A stretch of 64,000 nt of DNA, from UHGV virus genome UHGV-1350217; one strand, written 5' to 3'. The translations under genes and the position numbers were made by a program. Position 1 is the first letter of the stretch, and each line of letters begins with the position of its first letter. This DNA comes from a virus. Shown here piece by piece: positions 28,568-37,498 of this stretch. The notes below the pieces were generated by a model. That model made no database searches and was not told where the DNA came from. It was given only the letters and a program-made list of their open reading frames with translations.

Positions 28568-28925
28568 TCTGTAGTGATGGTTTCATCCTATCCTCCCATC
28601 GTTCACTACCATCATACTCTACACGTTCTATCCAGTCTGGACTATTCTTAAATGTTATCCATCCATCCCAGTATTGAGTACCATAGCCTGCGTAATATTC
28701 TAGATATTCATTAGGAATCTCATCCCAATTAATATCATCTGTACCCGAGTATACTTGTATACCTTCCTCATCAAAAGCTGTACCAAGATACTTTAGATAA
28801 TACTCGTCTACTTGTAGAGTACCTATCATTTCAATAGTCTCATCCTTGAAGTTTAGTTCATTAACACTCTTAGTCATCTTATTACTCCTTATAAATGCTA
28901 AGTAATTAGTCTCGATAGGAGACAA
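28542..28925 (-). CDS. highly acidic, aromatic-rich early protein (DNA-mimic or anti-restriction candidate)
   Basis: D/E/W/Y-rich composition, for example DEEGIQVYSGTDDINWDEIPNEYLEYY...EEEYKDD. Confidence 0.4.
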   Translation of the reverse strand: MSPIETNYLAFIRSNKMTKSVNELNFKDETIEMIGTLQVDEYYLKYLGTAFDEEGIQVYSGTDDINWDEIPNEYLEYYAGYGTQYWDGWITFKNSPDWIERVEYDGSERWEDRMKPSLQNEEEYKDD

Positions 28926-29114
28926 CTAGATGCTAGTGTATATCTATGGACAAACTTACAAATTGTTTATCTATGGATGGAATACACTAATAGAATTAAA
29001 ATAAGTACTAGTAATCCATCACGTCCATAGATTACTAGCAGAGCTACAACTTGAGTTTACGCAGGTGAGTAGTACCTCGAATGAGTTTAATGACATCTTA
29101 GGTCGATAGCTTAG

Positions 29115-29393
29115 TTAGAGTGCAAGCTTATAATCACTGGCTGTAAGCTGACGAATGAGTTTCAAGTCCTCAATAGGTTTACCTGACTTAGTTACACCGT
29201 AGTCCTCACCCTTCTGAGTCTTAGCAAAGTCTAAAGCTTTGTCCAAGTCCTCAAAAGTGATTCTCTCTCGGTTTTTGAAGCAGTACCAAGTGGATGGAGC
29301 TAATTCTCTTGCCTTCTTATAGCTAATAAGCTCGCCTTCATTCTCAAATATGACTGACTTAATCATAAGATTCTCCTTAGAAAAGATTTTCAC
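29115..29393 (-). CDS. hypothetical early protein
   Basis: ORF. Confidence 0.45.
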   Translation of the reverse strand: MKIFSKENLMIKSVIFENEGELISYKKARELAPSTWYCFKNRERITFEDLDKALDFAKTQKGEDYGVTKSGKPIEDLKLIRQLTASDYKLAL

Positions 29394-29468
29394 CTTCCCA
29401 GTCTATCTATGGATGAAATTGTCATAGATGTAGTATTTGAATGATAAAAATCAAATAGAAAAAATTAT

Positions 29469-29490
29469 AAAGTAGAGGTTTTACCCTCTA
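29469..29490 (-). terminator. hairpin AGTAGAGG(N6)CCTCTACT flanked by A and T runs; intrinsic terminator candidate, possibly bidirectional
   Basis: 7-8 bp stem, with TTTTT on the plus strand and ATAATTTTTT on the minus strand. Confidence 0.35.
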
Positions 29491-29658
29491 CTTTTTGCTG
29501 ATTTTCTTAGGTGTTATATCTAAGATATCAGCTAACTCTAACGATATATTAGCTGCAACATCAGATGCTGCATCTTTTACATCAAGTTCTAGCCCTTGCT
29601 TTCTCAATCCCTTTTTAGCTAGGAATAGGAAAACACAGATACCAATAACATATTCCAT
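29488..29658 (-). CDS. small membrane protein; first gene of the minus-strand block
   Basis: Start reassigned to MEYVIGICVFLFLAKK, which has AGGAGG 5 nt upstream. The longer ORF-track start at 29757 has no SD. Confidence 0.4.
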   Translation of the reverse strand: MEYVIGICVFLFLAKKGLRKQGLELDVKDAASDVAANISLELADILDITPKKISKK

Positions 29659-29690
29659 CATATCCTCCTTAGGGAAATGTCGTAATAAGA

Positions 29691-29704
29691 GGCTACTGCT
29701 AGCC
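29691..29704 (-). promoter_or_regulatory. GGCTA-N4-TAGCC hairpin motif upstream of the first early gene
   Basis: The same palindromic motif as at 23341-23360. Confidence 0.3.
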
Positions 29705-30090
29705 CAACTAAAACTAAAGATAATGCTAACATAGCAAACTCCTTGAATTAATTTCACCTTACCAGAATTAAAGAATTACTTTTATCAGCTACCCTCAAGG
29801 GGGTAGACTGATGGATAAATTGCACAGTCTGGCTAGTACTACCCTCGTATTAAATTACATAAAATCTAATGCCTCACCTAAGATTCTTATAAGCTTGTAT
29901 CTTTTTACTTTTCTCTTATTGTTATCACTTACAGAGATAAATCAGAGGTATTTGAAAGCAAATACTTATGCTATGGTAGTTTGATAAGGTTTTTTGCTAT
30001 GTGATTTGACTTATAATAAAAATGCTTATAAGTTAGGTTTAACCTTCACTAAGTTATAATATGTGATATATCTCAAATTAAGGAGTAGTT

Positions 30091-30633
30091 ATGCCTAGAG
30101 CTAGGTATGAAAATCACGTTCTTAGAACGTATGTAGATAAAGATACAGGAGAGTTTATATACCAAGATGAATTTGTCAAAATAAGTGGACAAAGAAAACT
30201 TGCAGGGTTTAGATTAGCTTATATGGGTAATATTAAAGCTTTAATACTTCAATTTGGAACTACTAGAGAATTATATATTGCCTTAGATATTATAAGTTCT
30301 TTACCTAATAAACTTACTTATGATATAGCTTTAAATGTAGAAGGTTTAGCTAAGCATTATAAAGTAAAGCCTTGGGTTATTAGACGAGTAATTAATACTC
30401 TTAAAAGAACTAACACTCTAGAAGGCTCTAGGGGTAAATATACAGTTAATCCCTTCTTTATCGTTCCAAAGTATATGGATGATGATTTAGTTTATAAAGC
30501 TCAAAAAGAGTGGGAAAAGAAATATGGAAAGTTTAAACTTCTACCTAAGAGTTTAAAACCTAGACATAAAGCAGTTATACCTAAAGTTACTCCAGAGGAA
30601 GCTGCTGGTAGAAGTATGAATAGTCCTGTATGA
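30091..30633 (+). CDS. hypothetical protein; first gene of the plus-strand block
   Basis: SD AAGGAG upstream; basic protein of 180 aa. Confidence 0.5.
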   Translation: MPRARYENHVLRTYVDKDTGEFIYQDEFVKISGQRKLAGFRLAYMGNIKALILQFGTTRELYIALDIISSLPNKLTYDIALNVEGLAKHYKVKPWVIRRVINTLKRTNTLEGSRGKYTVNPFFIVPKYMDDDLVYKAQKEWEKKYGKFKLLPKSLKPRHKAVIPKVTPEEAAGRSMNSPV

Positions 30634-30644
30634 TATAAGTCTAG

Positions 30645-30699
30645 TATTTATCTCCTTAGTAGAGTATAATAAAGAAAATACTATATAAGGAGATAAATA
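30645..30699 (+). promoter_or_regulatory. 14-bp perfect inverted repeat that sequesters the Shine-Dalgarno of the 30703 gene
   Basis: TATTTATCTCCTTA at 30645-30658 is the exact complement of TAAGGAGATAAATA at 30686-30699. The latter contains the SD 4 nt before the ATG at 30703. Confidence 0.5.
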
Positions 30700-30702
30700 C
30701 TA

Positions 30703-31566
30703 ATGGCTAATATACAAGGTAAAAAGTATATCAAGCAAAACAATGCACCTAGTAGTAGAGAGATAATACCTACTACTGATACTAGTTCAATAGACAATCC
30801 AAATAATAGTAAAGTTAATCTAGCAGCTATTACAGCTAGTAAAGTATATGGTTGGTTTAATGCCAATAGACGTAAGAAGCATAAATGTGTTATTACTGAT
30901 GAAGCTGTAGAGCTGATTAAAAAGAGTGCTAGTGAGGAAGCTTTTGATGGCTATAGATTTATAGATACTATATTAGAGTTTAGAAGTATCCTAGATGAGG
31001 ATAGTGATATACAGCTAGAGGATTACATCAATGCAGTAAGATTTTGTAGCTATCTAGAAATTTATAAAGGTAATGCCATAGAAGCATATATAGAAGCTTT
31101 TAGATATAAAGAGTTTGTAGATAAGAAGCGTAATGCACCTAGAGATAGTAGAGAATATCTTAGTTTGGTTAATGCTGCATCTAGATACAGAAAGCATCCA
31201 CTAGTAAAGAAAATCCTAGCCCAAAGTGAAATACCATTGTATATTATGTTTCAAGGCTATAGATATGCAGCTGTAGAGAAATTAGTAGAGGAGATGAATA
31301 ATGCTAAGCTTAGCAGAGATAGGATTAATGCAGCTGATAAGTTGCTATTACATCTAAAAGCTCCAGAGGGCATAGAAGTAAATGTTAATGTCAAGAAAGA
31401 TAGTGAGACTATCATAGATACATATCAGGAAGCTATTATGAATATGATACAAAAGCAAAAGGCTCTAATACAAAATGGAGGTAATATGCACGATATAGTC
31501 AATGCCAGCATTAAAGGAGAGGAGAAAGAAGTGATAGACATAGAGGAGAGTGAAAGTAATGCCTAA
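30703..31566 (+). CDS. putative terminase small subunit (by position), otherwise hypothetical
   Basis: Immediately upstream of and overlapping the terminase large subunit gene; no motif evidence. Confidence 0.3.
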   Translation: MANIQGKKYIKQNNAPSSREIIPTTDTSSIDNPNNSKVNLAAITASKVYGWFNANRRKKHKCVITDEAVELIKKSASEEAFDGYRFIDTILEFRSILDEDSDIQLEDYINAVRFCSYLEIYKGNAIEAYIEAFRYKEFVDKKRNAPRDSREYLSLVNAASRYRKHPLVKKILAQSEIPLYIMFQGYRYAAVEKLVEEMNNAKLSRDRINAADKLLLHLKAPEGIEVNVNVKKDSETIIDTYQEAIMNMIQKQKALIQNGGNMHDIVNASIKGEEKEVIDIEESESNA

Positions 31567-33199
31567 GAGTATGGATGAATTACTAAATGAAGTAAATTAT
31601 GACTTTACTGGCTATATGCCTAGTAATGAAGCATTAATGGTAGTTAATTTCATTAAAGAAGTAAATGGGGGAAGTGAAGATAATAAAACTCCACTAATGC
31701 ACTTGAAAGTATTAGATATGGTCTGTAATACTTCAGCTAGAGATATCATAGTAGCTCATCGTGGTTTTGCTAAAAGCTCATTAATGGAGTATTTAATATT
31801 ATTCAATGCAGGATTTGGGTACTTTCCAGGATTTGGTAAAGCTCCATTTATAATGTATGTTAGTGATAGTATTGAAAATGGTGTAAAGACTCTTAGAAAG
31901 AACATTCAATTTAAATATGAGAATAGTAAGTTCTTACAGCAGTTAATACCTAATAAAAAACTTACCCTAGTATCAGATGAAGGAAGTAGTAGTAGCAATG
32001 ACTTTTATGAAGAAGGAACTGGAGGTAGAAAGTTTACTGATGTAAGAATGGAGTTTGAGAATGTTAAAGGAGTTAGAACAGTAGTTAAAGGATTTGGAGT
32101 TAGTACTGGAATCAGAGGTACTAGAGAATTAGGTCAAAGACCTAGTATAGCCTTATTAGATGACTTAATGAGAGATGAGGATGCTAGAAGTGATACTGTA
32201 ATATCTAGTATAGAGGATGTAGTATACAAAGCCGTTAGTAAAGCTTTACACCCTACTAGACAAAAGATTATATGGACTGGTACTCCTTTTAATGCTAAAG
32301 ACCCTTTATATAGAGCTGTAGAGAGTGGTAGTTGGGATGTAACCCTAGCTCCTATATGTGAGCAATTCCCTGTTAGTAAAAAGGACTTTAGAGGTAGTTG
32401 GGAGGATAGATTTCCATATGAATATGTTAAGAGAGAATATGATGAAGCTATGGCTTTACAAAAGCCTGAGAACTTCAATCAAGAACTAATGCTTAGAGTT
32501 ACTAGCTTAGAGGATAGATTAATAAGAGATGAGTATATTAAGTATTTTGATGAAGCTACTATGCTTAAAAGTAGAAGTTATTATAATTTCTATATAACTA
32601 CGGATTTGGCTACTACTATAAGACAGAATAGTGATTATAGTGTTATTACAGTATGGGCTATCAATAGTGCTAAGCAATATATGGCTATAGATGGTTTCTG
32701 TGCTAGAGTAGAAGTATCTGAGTTTATAGAGGAGTTATTTAGACTATGTAGTAAATATAAGCCTATGCTAGGAGTAGGTATAGAAGTTACTGGACAGCAA
32801 GGAGGGTTTATATCTTGGATACAACAAGAGATGGTTAGAAAGAAAGTATACTTCCCTCTAGCTTCTAGCAATAATAAAGGTAGTGCAGGTATTAGACCTA
32901 TTGCTGATAAGTTTTCAAGATTTGTTACTTTTAGTCCTGAGTTTACACAAGGTAACATTTGGATTGGTAATAAATTAAAAGCTAGTGCTTGGGGATTAGA
33001 GTTCCAAGATGAAATATCTAAGGCTACAAAGACAGGCTTTAAAAGTAGACACGATGATGTACTAGATACTATCTCAATGCTACAAGCTATGAATGTCTTT
33101 GCCCCTAGTGATAATTCTTATGAAGGATTAGATAAAGATGAAAAACTTTTCTATGAGGATGAAGAAGGTTTGGGAGACATTCAAAATACTATTTTCTAA
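31550..33199 (+). CDS. terminase large subunit
   Basis: AHRGFAKSS matches the terminase-type deviant Walker A. A C-terminal nuclease-like region includes YNFYITTDLAT. 549 aa, at the start of the structural block. Confidence 0.75.
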   Translation: MKVMPKSMDELLNEVNYDFTGYMPSNEALMVVNFIKEVNGGSEDNKTPLMHLKVLDMVCNTSARDIIVAHRGFAKSSLMEYLILFNAGFGYFPGFGKAPFIMYVSDSIENGVKTLRKNIQFKYENSKFLQQLIPNKKLTLVSDEGSSSSNDFYEEGTGGRKFTDVRMEFENVKGVRTVVKGFGVSTGIRGTRELGQRPSIALLDDLMRDEDARSDTVISSIEDVVYKAVSKALHPTRQKIIWTGTPFNAKDPLYRAVESGSWDVTLAPICEQFPVSKKDFRGSWEDRFPYEYVKREYDEAMALQKPENFNQELMLRVTSLEDRLIRDEYIKYFDEATMLKSRSYYNFYITTDLATTIRQNSDYSVITVWAINSAKQYMAIDGFCARVEVSEFIEELFRLCSKYKPMLGVGIEVTGQQGGFISWIQQEMVRKKVYFPLASSNNKGSAGIRPIADKFSRFVTFSPEFTQGNIWIGNKLKASAWGLEFQDEISKATKTGFKSRHDDVLDTISMLQAMNVFAPSDNSYEGLDKDEKLFYEDEEGLGDIQNTIF

Positions 33200-33208
33200 G
33201 GCAATACT

Positions 33209-33619
33209 ATGGATAATGGAACAAGCATCAAAGAAGTAATGAAAGGTATGCAAGATTATCTTTATATGAATATCAGTAACTATAAAGGTAAACCTATGAG
33301 TGATGAAGCCTTAGTAGTTTATATTAATCAAGCCTTACTGGAGATATATAGTATGCTATTAATCAATAAAGAACAAGCTATCATAGCAGTACCTAAAGAA
33401 GCTAGAGTATTCACATTAGAAGGTAATGATGACCCTAATATTACTTATACAGATAAGAATGGAGTAAAGCATCAAAGAATGGCTAAAGACCCTAACGTAA
33501 TACTAGGTACTATTAAACAAGCTAGAGAAAACGAATATGGCAAAGCTATGCAAGCTAGAGATGAGGAATCTAATCAAACAATGAAAACTCTAGTCAATGA
33601 CTATGATTTTAAGAGGTAA
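33209..33619 (+). CDS. virion structural protein (hypothetical)
   Basis: Position in the late operon. Confidence 0.4.
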   Translation: MDNGTSIKEVMKGMQDYLYMNISNYKGKPMSDEALVVYINQALLEIYSMLLINKEQAIIAVPKEARVFTLEGNDDPNITYTDKNGVKHQRMAKDPNVILGTIKQARENEYGKAMQARDEESNQTMKTLVNDYDFKR

Positions 33620-33624
33620 TTATT

Positions 33625-34569
33625 ATGGCAGTAGCAGACCACTATTTAACTTATTGTAAGGGTGTTATAGAGTCTATATCTCCAATAGAGCATATAAATA
33701 CTATAATAAAAGACAAAAACCTCAGAGAGGTTTCAGTTAATGGCAATATCATTAAGAAACTTACATTTAATGGTCAATTCTCTAATAATTTCCCTATAAC
33801 AGAGTTTTACTTATCAGATATACCATATAAAGAGAGTGTAAAACACTCATTAGAAATTAATGATATTACGTGGGAGAATAAGTTACAAATACCAGATTCA
33901 TTAAGTTTTTGCTTATTTACTAAAGATAATGCTACTTATAAATATATAGGTGGATATGGCATAGATTTAACTAGTTTAAAAGGTCAAGTATTTAAATGTA
34001 CTACTCCAGAGTTTCCTACAGATAAAAACACTATCTCCTTAGTACAAATAGGAGATAATACCATAGCATTTCTACATTGCTATATAAATAGTGAGTTCTC
34101 TTATATAATAGTTAAAGATGAGAATGTTGCACCACAAGCACCTGATATCAATCAAAATAATATACAAGCTATTGATTCCTCTAATGTACTAGAGATATTA
34201 AAGTTATGGGATAGTGAAGGTGATGAATACATTATGAATGAACAGAATGTATATCAAATTAACCCTTTAACTTTATATCTACCTAATGTCAAAGAAGGAA
34301 CTATAGTATACGTTGAATATAAGACTATGCCTCCACAACTAGTATTTAAAGGAGGTAATAGTTCTACATTCCCACTTCCTCCAGAACTATATAAATTACT
34401 GTATGCCTTAGTAGCTCTAAAAGTAGTAAGGTCAATAGATGACTTTAAATCTATGGAAGGAGCAATATTAAATAACTATGCACTGGAATTACAGCAAGCA
34501 ATGAACTCTAACTGGGCATTAAGTAATGAGATGGAATCTACTTTACAATTTAAGAAAGGGTTTTATTAA
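33625..34569 (+). CDS. virion structural protein (hypothetical)
   Basis: Position in the late operon. Confidence 0.4.
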   Translation: MAVADHYLTYCKGVIESISPIEHINTIIKDKNLREVSVNGNIIKKLTFNGQFSNNFPITEFYLSDIPYKESVKHSLEINDITWENKLQIPDSLSFCLFTKDNATYKYIGGYGIDLTSLKGQVFKCTTPEFPTDKNTISLVQIGDNTIAFLHCYINSEFSYIIVKDENVAPQAPDINQNNIQAIDSSNVLEILKLWDSEGDEYIMNEQNVYQINPLTLYLPNVKEGTIVYVEYKTMPPQLVFKGGNSSTFPLPPELYKLLYALVALKVVRSIDDFKSMEGAILNNYALELQQAMNSNWALSNEMESTLQFKKGFY

Positions 34570-35744
34570 TGCTTATACCTTTTACTACAAGCAATATAAA
34601 GAGTGTCCAAACTGAGACATCTCCTGATGGTAAGAATAAAGTTACGACTACTATAGTTCAATATGAGATACCAGCAGAGTTAACTAGCTTTGCTACTAAT
34701 ATTGAAGCTATATTAAACGTTAATAACAATATAGAGAATGTTAAGAAAGTATCTGGTGCTATAGAAATATGCAATAAGATACTAGCTGAGATAGATACTC
34801 TAAAAGCTGTAAATGCTAATATAGAGACTATTAAACAAGTAAATTCTATGAAAGCCTCTATAGAGACTATTAAAGATACTCTAGATGTACTAAGAACTAC
34901 TAATAATAATCTAGACCTATTAAAAGCTATCTATGCAGATAAAGAGATGTATAAAACACTCTATGGCTTTAGAGATGCTTATGTTAATGATTCAGAGAAT
35001 ATGCAAGTATTAAAAGACATCTATGCTAAGCTAGAGAAATTACTAGGAGTATATGACAAATTAGATGTAATATCTATAGTATATGACCATTTACTAGCTA
35101 TAGAGATAGTAGCTCAAGGTATGTCTAATATCGTTACATTTAACAGCAATATAGAGACATACAAACAGCTAGTAACATTAAAGAATGACATAGCTACGCT
35201 AGCTAGTAATATGGTCATAATCAAAGAAGCATTAGAGAAATTAAATGACTTACCTAGACTTACTAATGAACTAGAAGCTAAACTTACTACTAAAATTACT
35301 CAAGCCTTAGCAGATATAGATTCTAAAGCTAAAGAAGTATTAAAGCAAATAGCTGATAGCTTTGTTAAATGGGAACTAGAACTCACTAAGATTCAAAAAG
35401 AGATTAGTGATTTTAAACTAGATACCAAACAAGCATTAGACAATATCTCTACTCAGATACTACCTAGTGTAAACAAGAATAAAGATGACATTGCTAAGCT
35501 AGATACTAAGCTTAATAATGAATTATTGCTACTTAAACAAGAGATTCTTAGTATTAAAGAGAAATATACAGGTCATCAGATTGTTAATAACATTACTTCT
35601 ACTGAAACTACTACAGCTACAGAAACTAAGAATGTTACAGAGACCAAAAATGTTACAGCTGATGTTAAAGCTACTGTAACAAGTACTAATAATAACACTA
35701 CAACTAACAATATTACTAATCTAGGAAATGGAGAAGATATCTAA
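34569..35744 (+). CDS. coiled-coil tail fibre/appendage protein
   Basis: Long heptad-like repeats (for example NANIETIKQVNSMKASIETIKDTLDVL) and a T/N-rich C-terminus. Confidence 0.45.
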   Translation: MLIPFTTSNIKSVQTETSPDGKNKVTTTIVQYEIPAELTSFATNIEAILNVNNNIENVKKVSGAIEICNKILAEIDTLKAVNANIETIKQVNSMKASIETIKDTLDVLRTTNNNLDLLKAIYADKEMYKTLYGFRDAYVNDSENMQVLKDIYAKLEKLLGVYDKLDVISIVYDHLLAIEIVAQGMSNIVTFNSNIETYKQLVTLKNDIATLASNMVIIKEALEKLNDLPRLTNELEAKLTTKITQALADIDSKAKEVLKQIADSFVKWELELTKIQKEISDFKLDTKQALDNISTQILPSVNKNKDDIAKLDTKLNNELLLLKQEILSIKEKYTGHQIVNNITSTETTTATETKNVTETKNVTADVKATVTSTNNNTTTNNITNLGNGEDI

Positions 35745-35745
35745 G

Positions 35746-37488
35746 ATGAAAAAGCATATATTCTATATTACTTACACACCTAAAGTTGAATACAATGGTA
35801 CTATTCCTACAGACCCTAAGCAATTCAAAGACTTAGTAGAATCTATCTGGGATACCGATGGTAAAAAGATAGTAGAGAAGTTATTAGTTAGAAACATAGA
35901 TACTAAAATAGATTTTAGAGGTATCTATTACAATAAGAAGTTTAAGTTTATAGGTATAGTTCAATTACCTACTAAGAATGCTGATATAGAGCATTATAAA
36001 GACTATATGACACTATATACACTTAGTGGCACTGGTGAAGGTACTAGTGCAGACCTAACTCCTCTAAATACAGCCATAGAAGCTTTGAAAAAAGAACTAG
36101 CTGATTTAAAAGCTAAAGGACTACAAGGAAGTATTACAGAGGATAAAGTCAAAGAGTTAATCAATAATAGCGCTATTGAAACTAATAAGATTATTGAAAG
36201 TCTAAAGAAAGATAACTCTACAGAGATTACTAAGTTACTTCAAGAGATACTTAATAATAAAGAGACTATCAAAGAGACTATTAAGAATATAGCAGAGATA
36301 CAAAAACTAGAAAGAGAGTTTAATCAAAAACTTACTGAGACTAATAATAAAGTTACTACTCTAGAAAGTAAAACTACAACTTTAGAGACTAAAACTAAAG
36401 AATTAGAAACTAAAGCTAATGGAATACTATCCAAAGAGGAACTATTAAAACTACTAGGTGATGCTAAAGTAAAGAACTCTGATAATCTAGGAGGTATTCC
36501 ATCTAGTGGATTCATTAGAAACTATATGAATAATTCTTTGACTGACCAAGATTTAAACTCTATAGATTATCCAGGGTTCTTTTCACAAAAAGATAAGACT
36601 AAAGCTCTAGCAGCTAAGAATTATCCTAAAGATAGTCTAATAGGTATTCTATTTGTAGGAAACTCTGTAAGTCCTCAGCAAGTTTACTTTGCTAATGAAA
36701 CTAATGAAATATATGTTAGAAGTAAAACAGCAGGTGATTGGACAACTTGGACAAAGACTTCATTAGATTTTAACTCTATTAAACCTGAAATTGAAACTTT
36801 AATTACTGAAAAGACTAATACAGTAATTGAAAGCAAACTAGCTAATATAATAGCCAAAGACAGTGAAAAGTTAGGTGGGTTAGATAAGACTAAGTTTATT
36901 AGAGATTATATGACTGGTCAGAGTTCCATTAATAATAGAGATATTAATGATATTACTGAGCCAGGATTTTATTATATAGATTCTGACTCTTTAATACACA
37001 CAGAAAATTATCCAGAGAACTTTAATATTAATGGTAATCATTCAGAATCTCTTTTAATAGTAAGCTTTATAAGCCAGCCAGCTCAATTTCTTATTACTGG
37101 TTATGGTCAAATGTACTTTCGCTATAAAGGCTTTATGGCAGGTACACTAATGTGGTATCCTTGGCAGTATATGAATAAACCTATAGACTTACCTATTCTG
37201 ACATTTGATATAACTCATACTTCAGTTAATAACATTTATCCTACTATCTATAGACCTAATTTAGAGATTACTCTAACACAAGCTGGTCAGACTATGTCTT
37301 TTAATAATTCAGTATTTTCTAATGAAGGAATTAGTGGTATGATAGTAGTTCATAACACTAAGAATATTTCTGATTTTGCAGATGAATGTATTTGGGCTAC
37401 TGAAAAACCTACTGAATTAAGAGATACTGAGTATTTTACTTATATGGTATTACCAGGTAATAAGATACTATTAGGTAGAGTATATTAA
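35746..37488 (+). CDS. tail fibre or receptor-binding protein with an internally duplicated C-terminal module
   Basis: Coiled-coil N-terminal part. Two repeats of LGG(I/L)...FIR(N/D)YM...D(L/I)N(S/D)I..PGF(F/Y)...NYP. Start moved to 35746 because GGAGAAG lies 9 nt upstream; the ORF-track start at 35728 overlaps the previous gene. Confidence 0.45.
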   Translation: MKKHIFYITYTPKVEYNGTIPTDPKQFKDLVESIWDTDGKKIVEKLLVRNIDTKIDFRGIYYNKKFKFIGIVQLPTKNADIEHYKDYMTLYTLSGTGEGTSADLTPLNTAIEALKKELADLKAKGLQGSITEDKVKELINNSAIETNKIIESLKKDNSTEITKLLQEILNNKETIKETIKNIAEIQKLEREFNQKLTETNNKVTTLESKTTTLETKTKELETKANGILSKEELLKLLGDAKVKNSDNLGGIPSSGFIRNYMNNSLTDQDLNSIDYPGFFSQKDKTKALAAKNYPKDSLIGILFVGNSVSPQQVYFANETNEIYVRSKTAGDWTTWTKTSLDFNSIKPEIETLITEKTNTVIESKLANIIAKDSEKLGGLDKTKFIRDYMTGQSSINNRDINDITEPGFYYIDSDSLIHTENYPENFNINGNHSESLLIVSFISQPAQFLITGYGQMYFRYKGFMAGTLMWYPWQYMNKPIDLPILTFDITHTSVNNIYPTIYRPNLEITLTQAGQTMSFNNSVFSNEGISGMIVVHNTKNISDFADECIWATEKPTELRDTEYFTYMVLPGNKILLGRVY

Positions 37489-37498
37489 GGAGTCTTAA

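Noticed and set aside
29095-29140. tRNA-like D-arm string TAGCTTAGTTAGAGTGCAAGC.
   Set aside because: It overlaps the 3' end of ORF 29115..29393. No acceptor stem or T-loop (GTTCRA) could be formed on either strand. No convincing tRNA was found in any intergenic region.
29811-29987. 58-aa plus-strand ORF inside the divergent non-coding region (MDKLHSLASTTLVLNYIKSNASPKILISLYLFTFLLLLSL...).
   Set aside because: It is short, its only SD-like sequence (AAGGGGG) is part of the hairpin, and the region is more plausibly regulatory. Not excluded.
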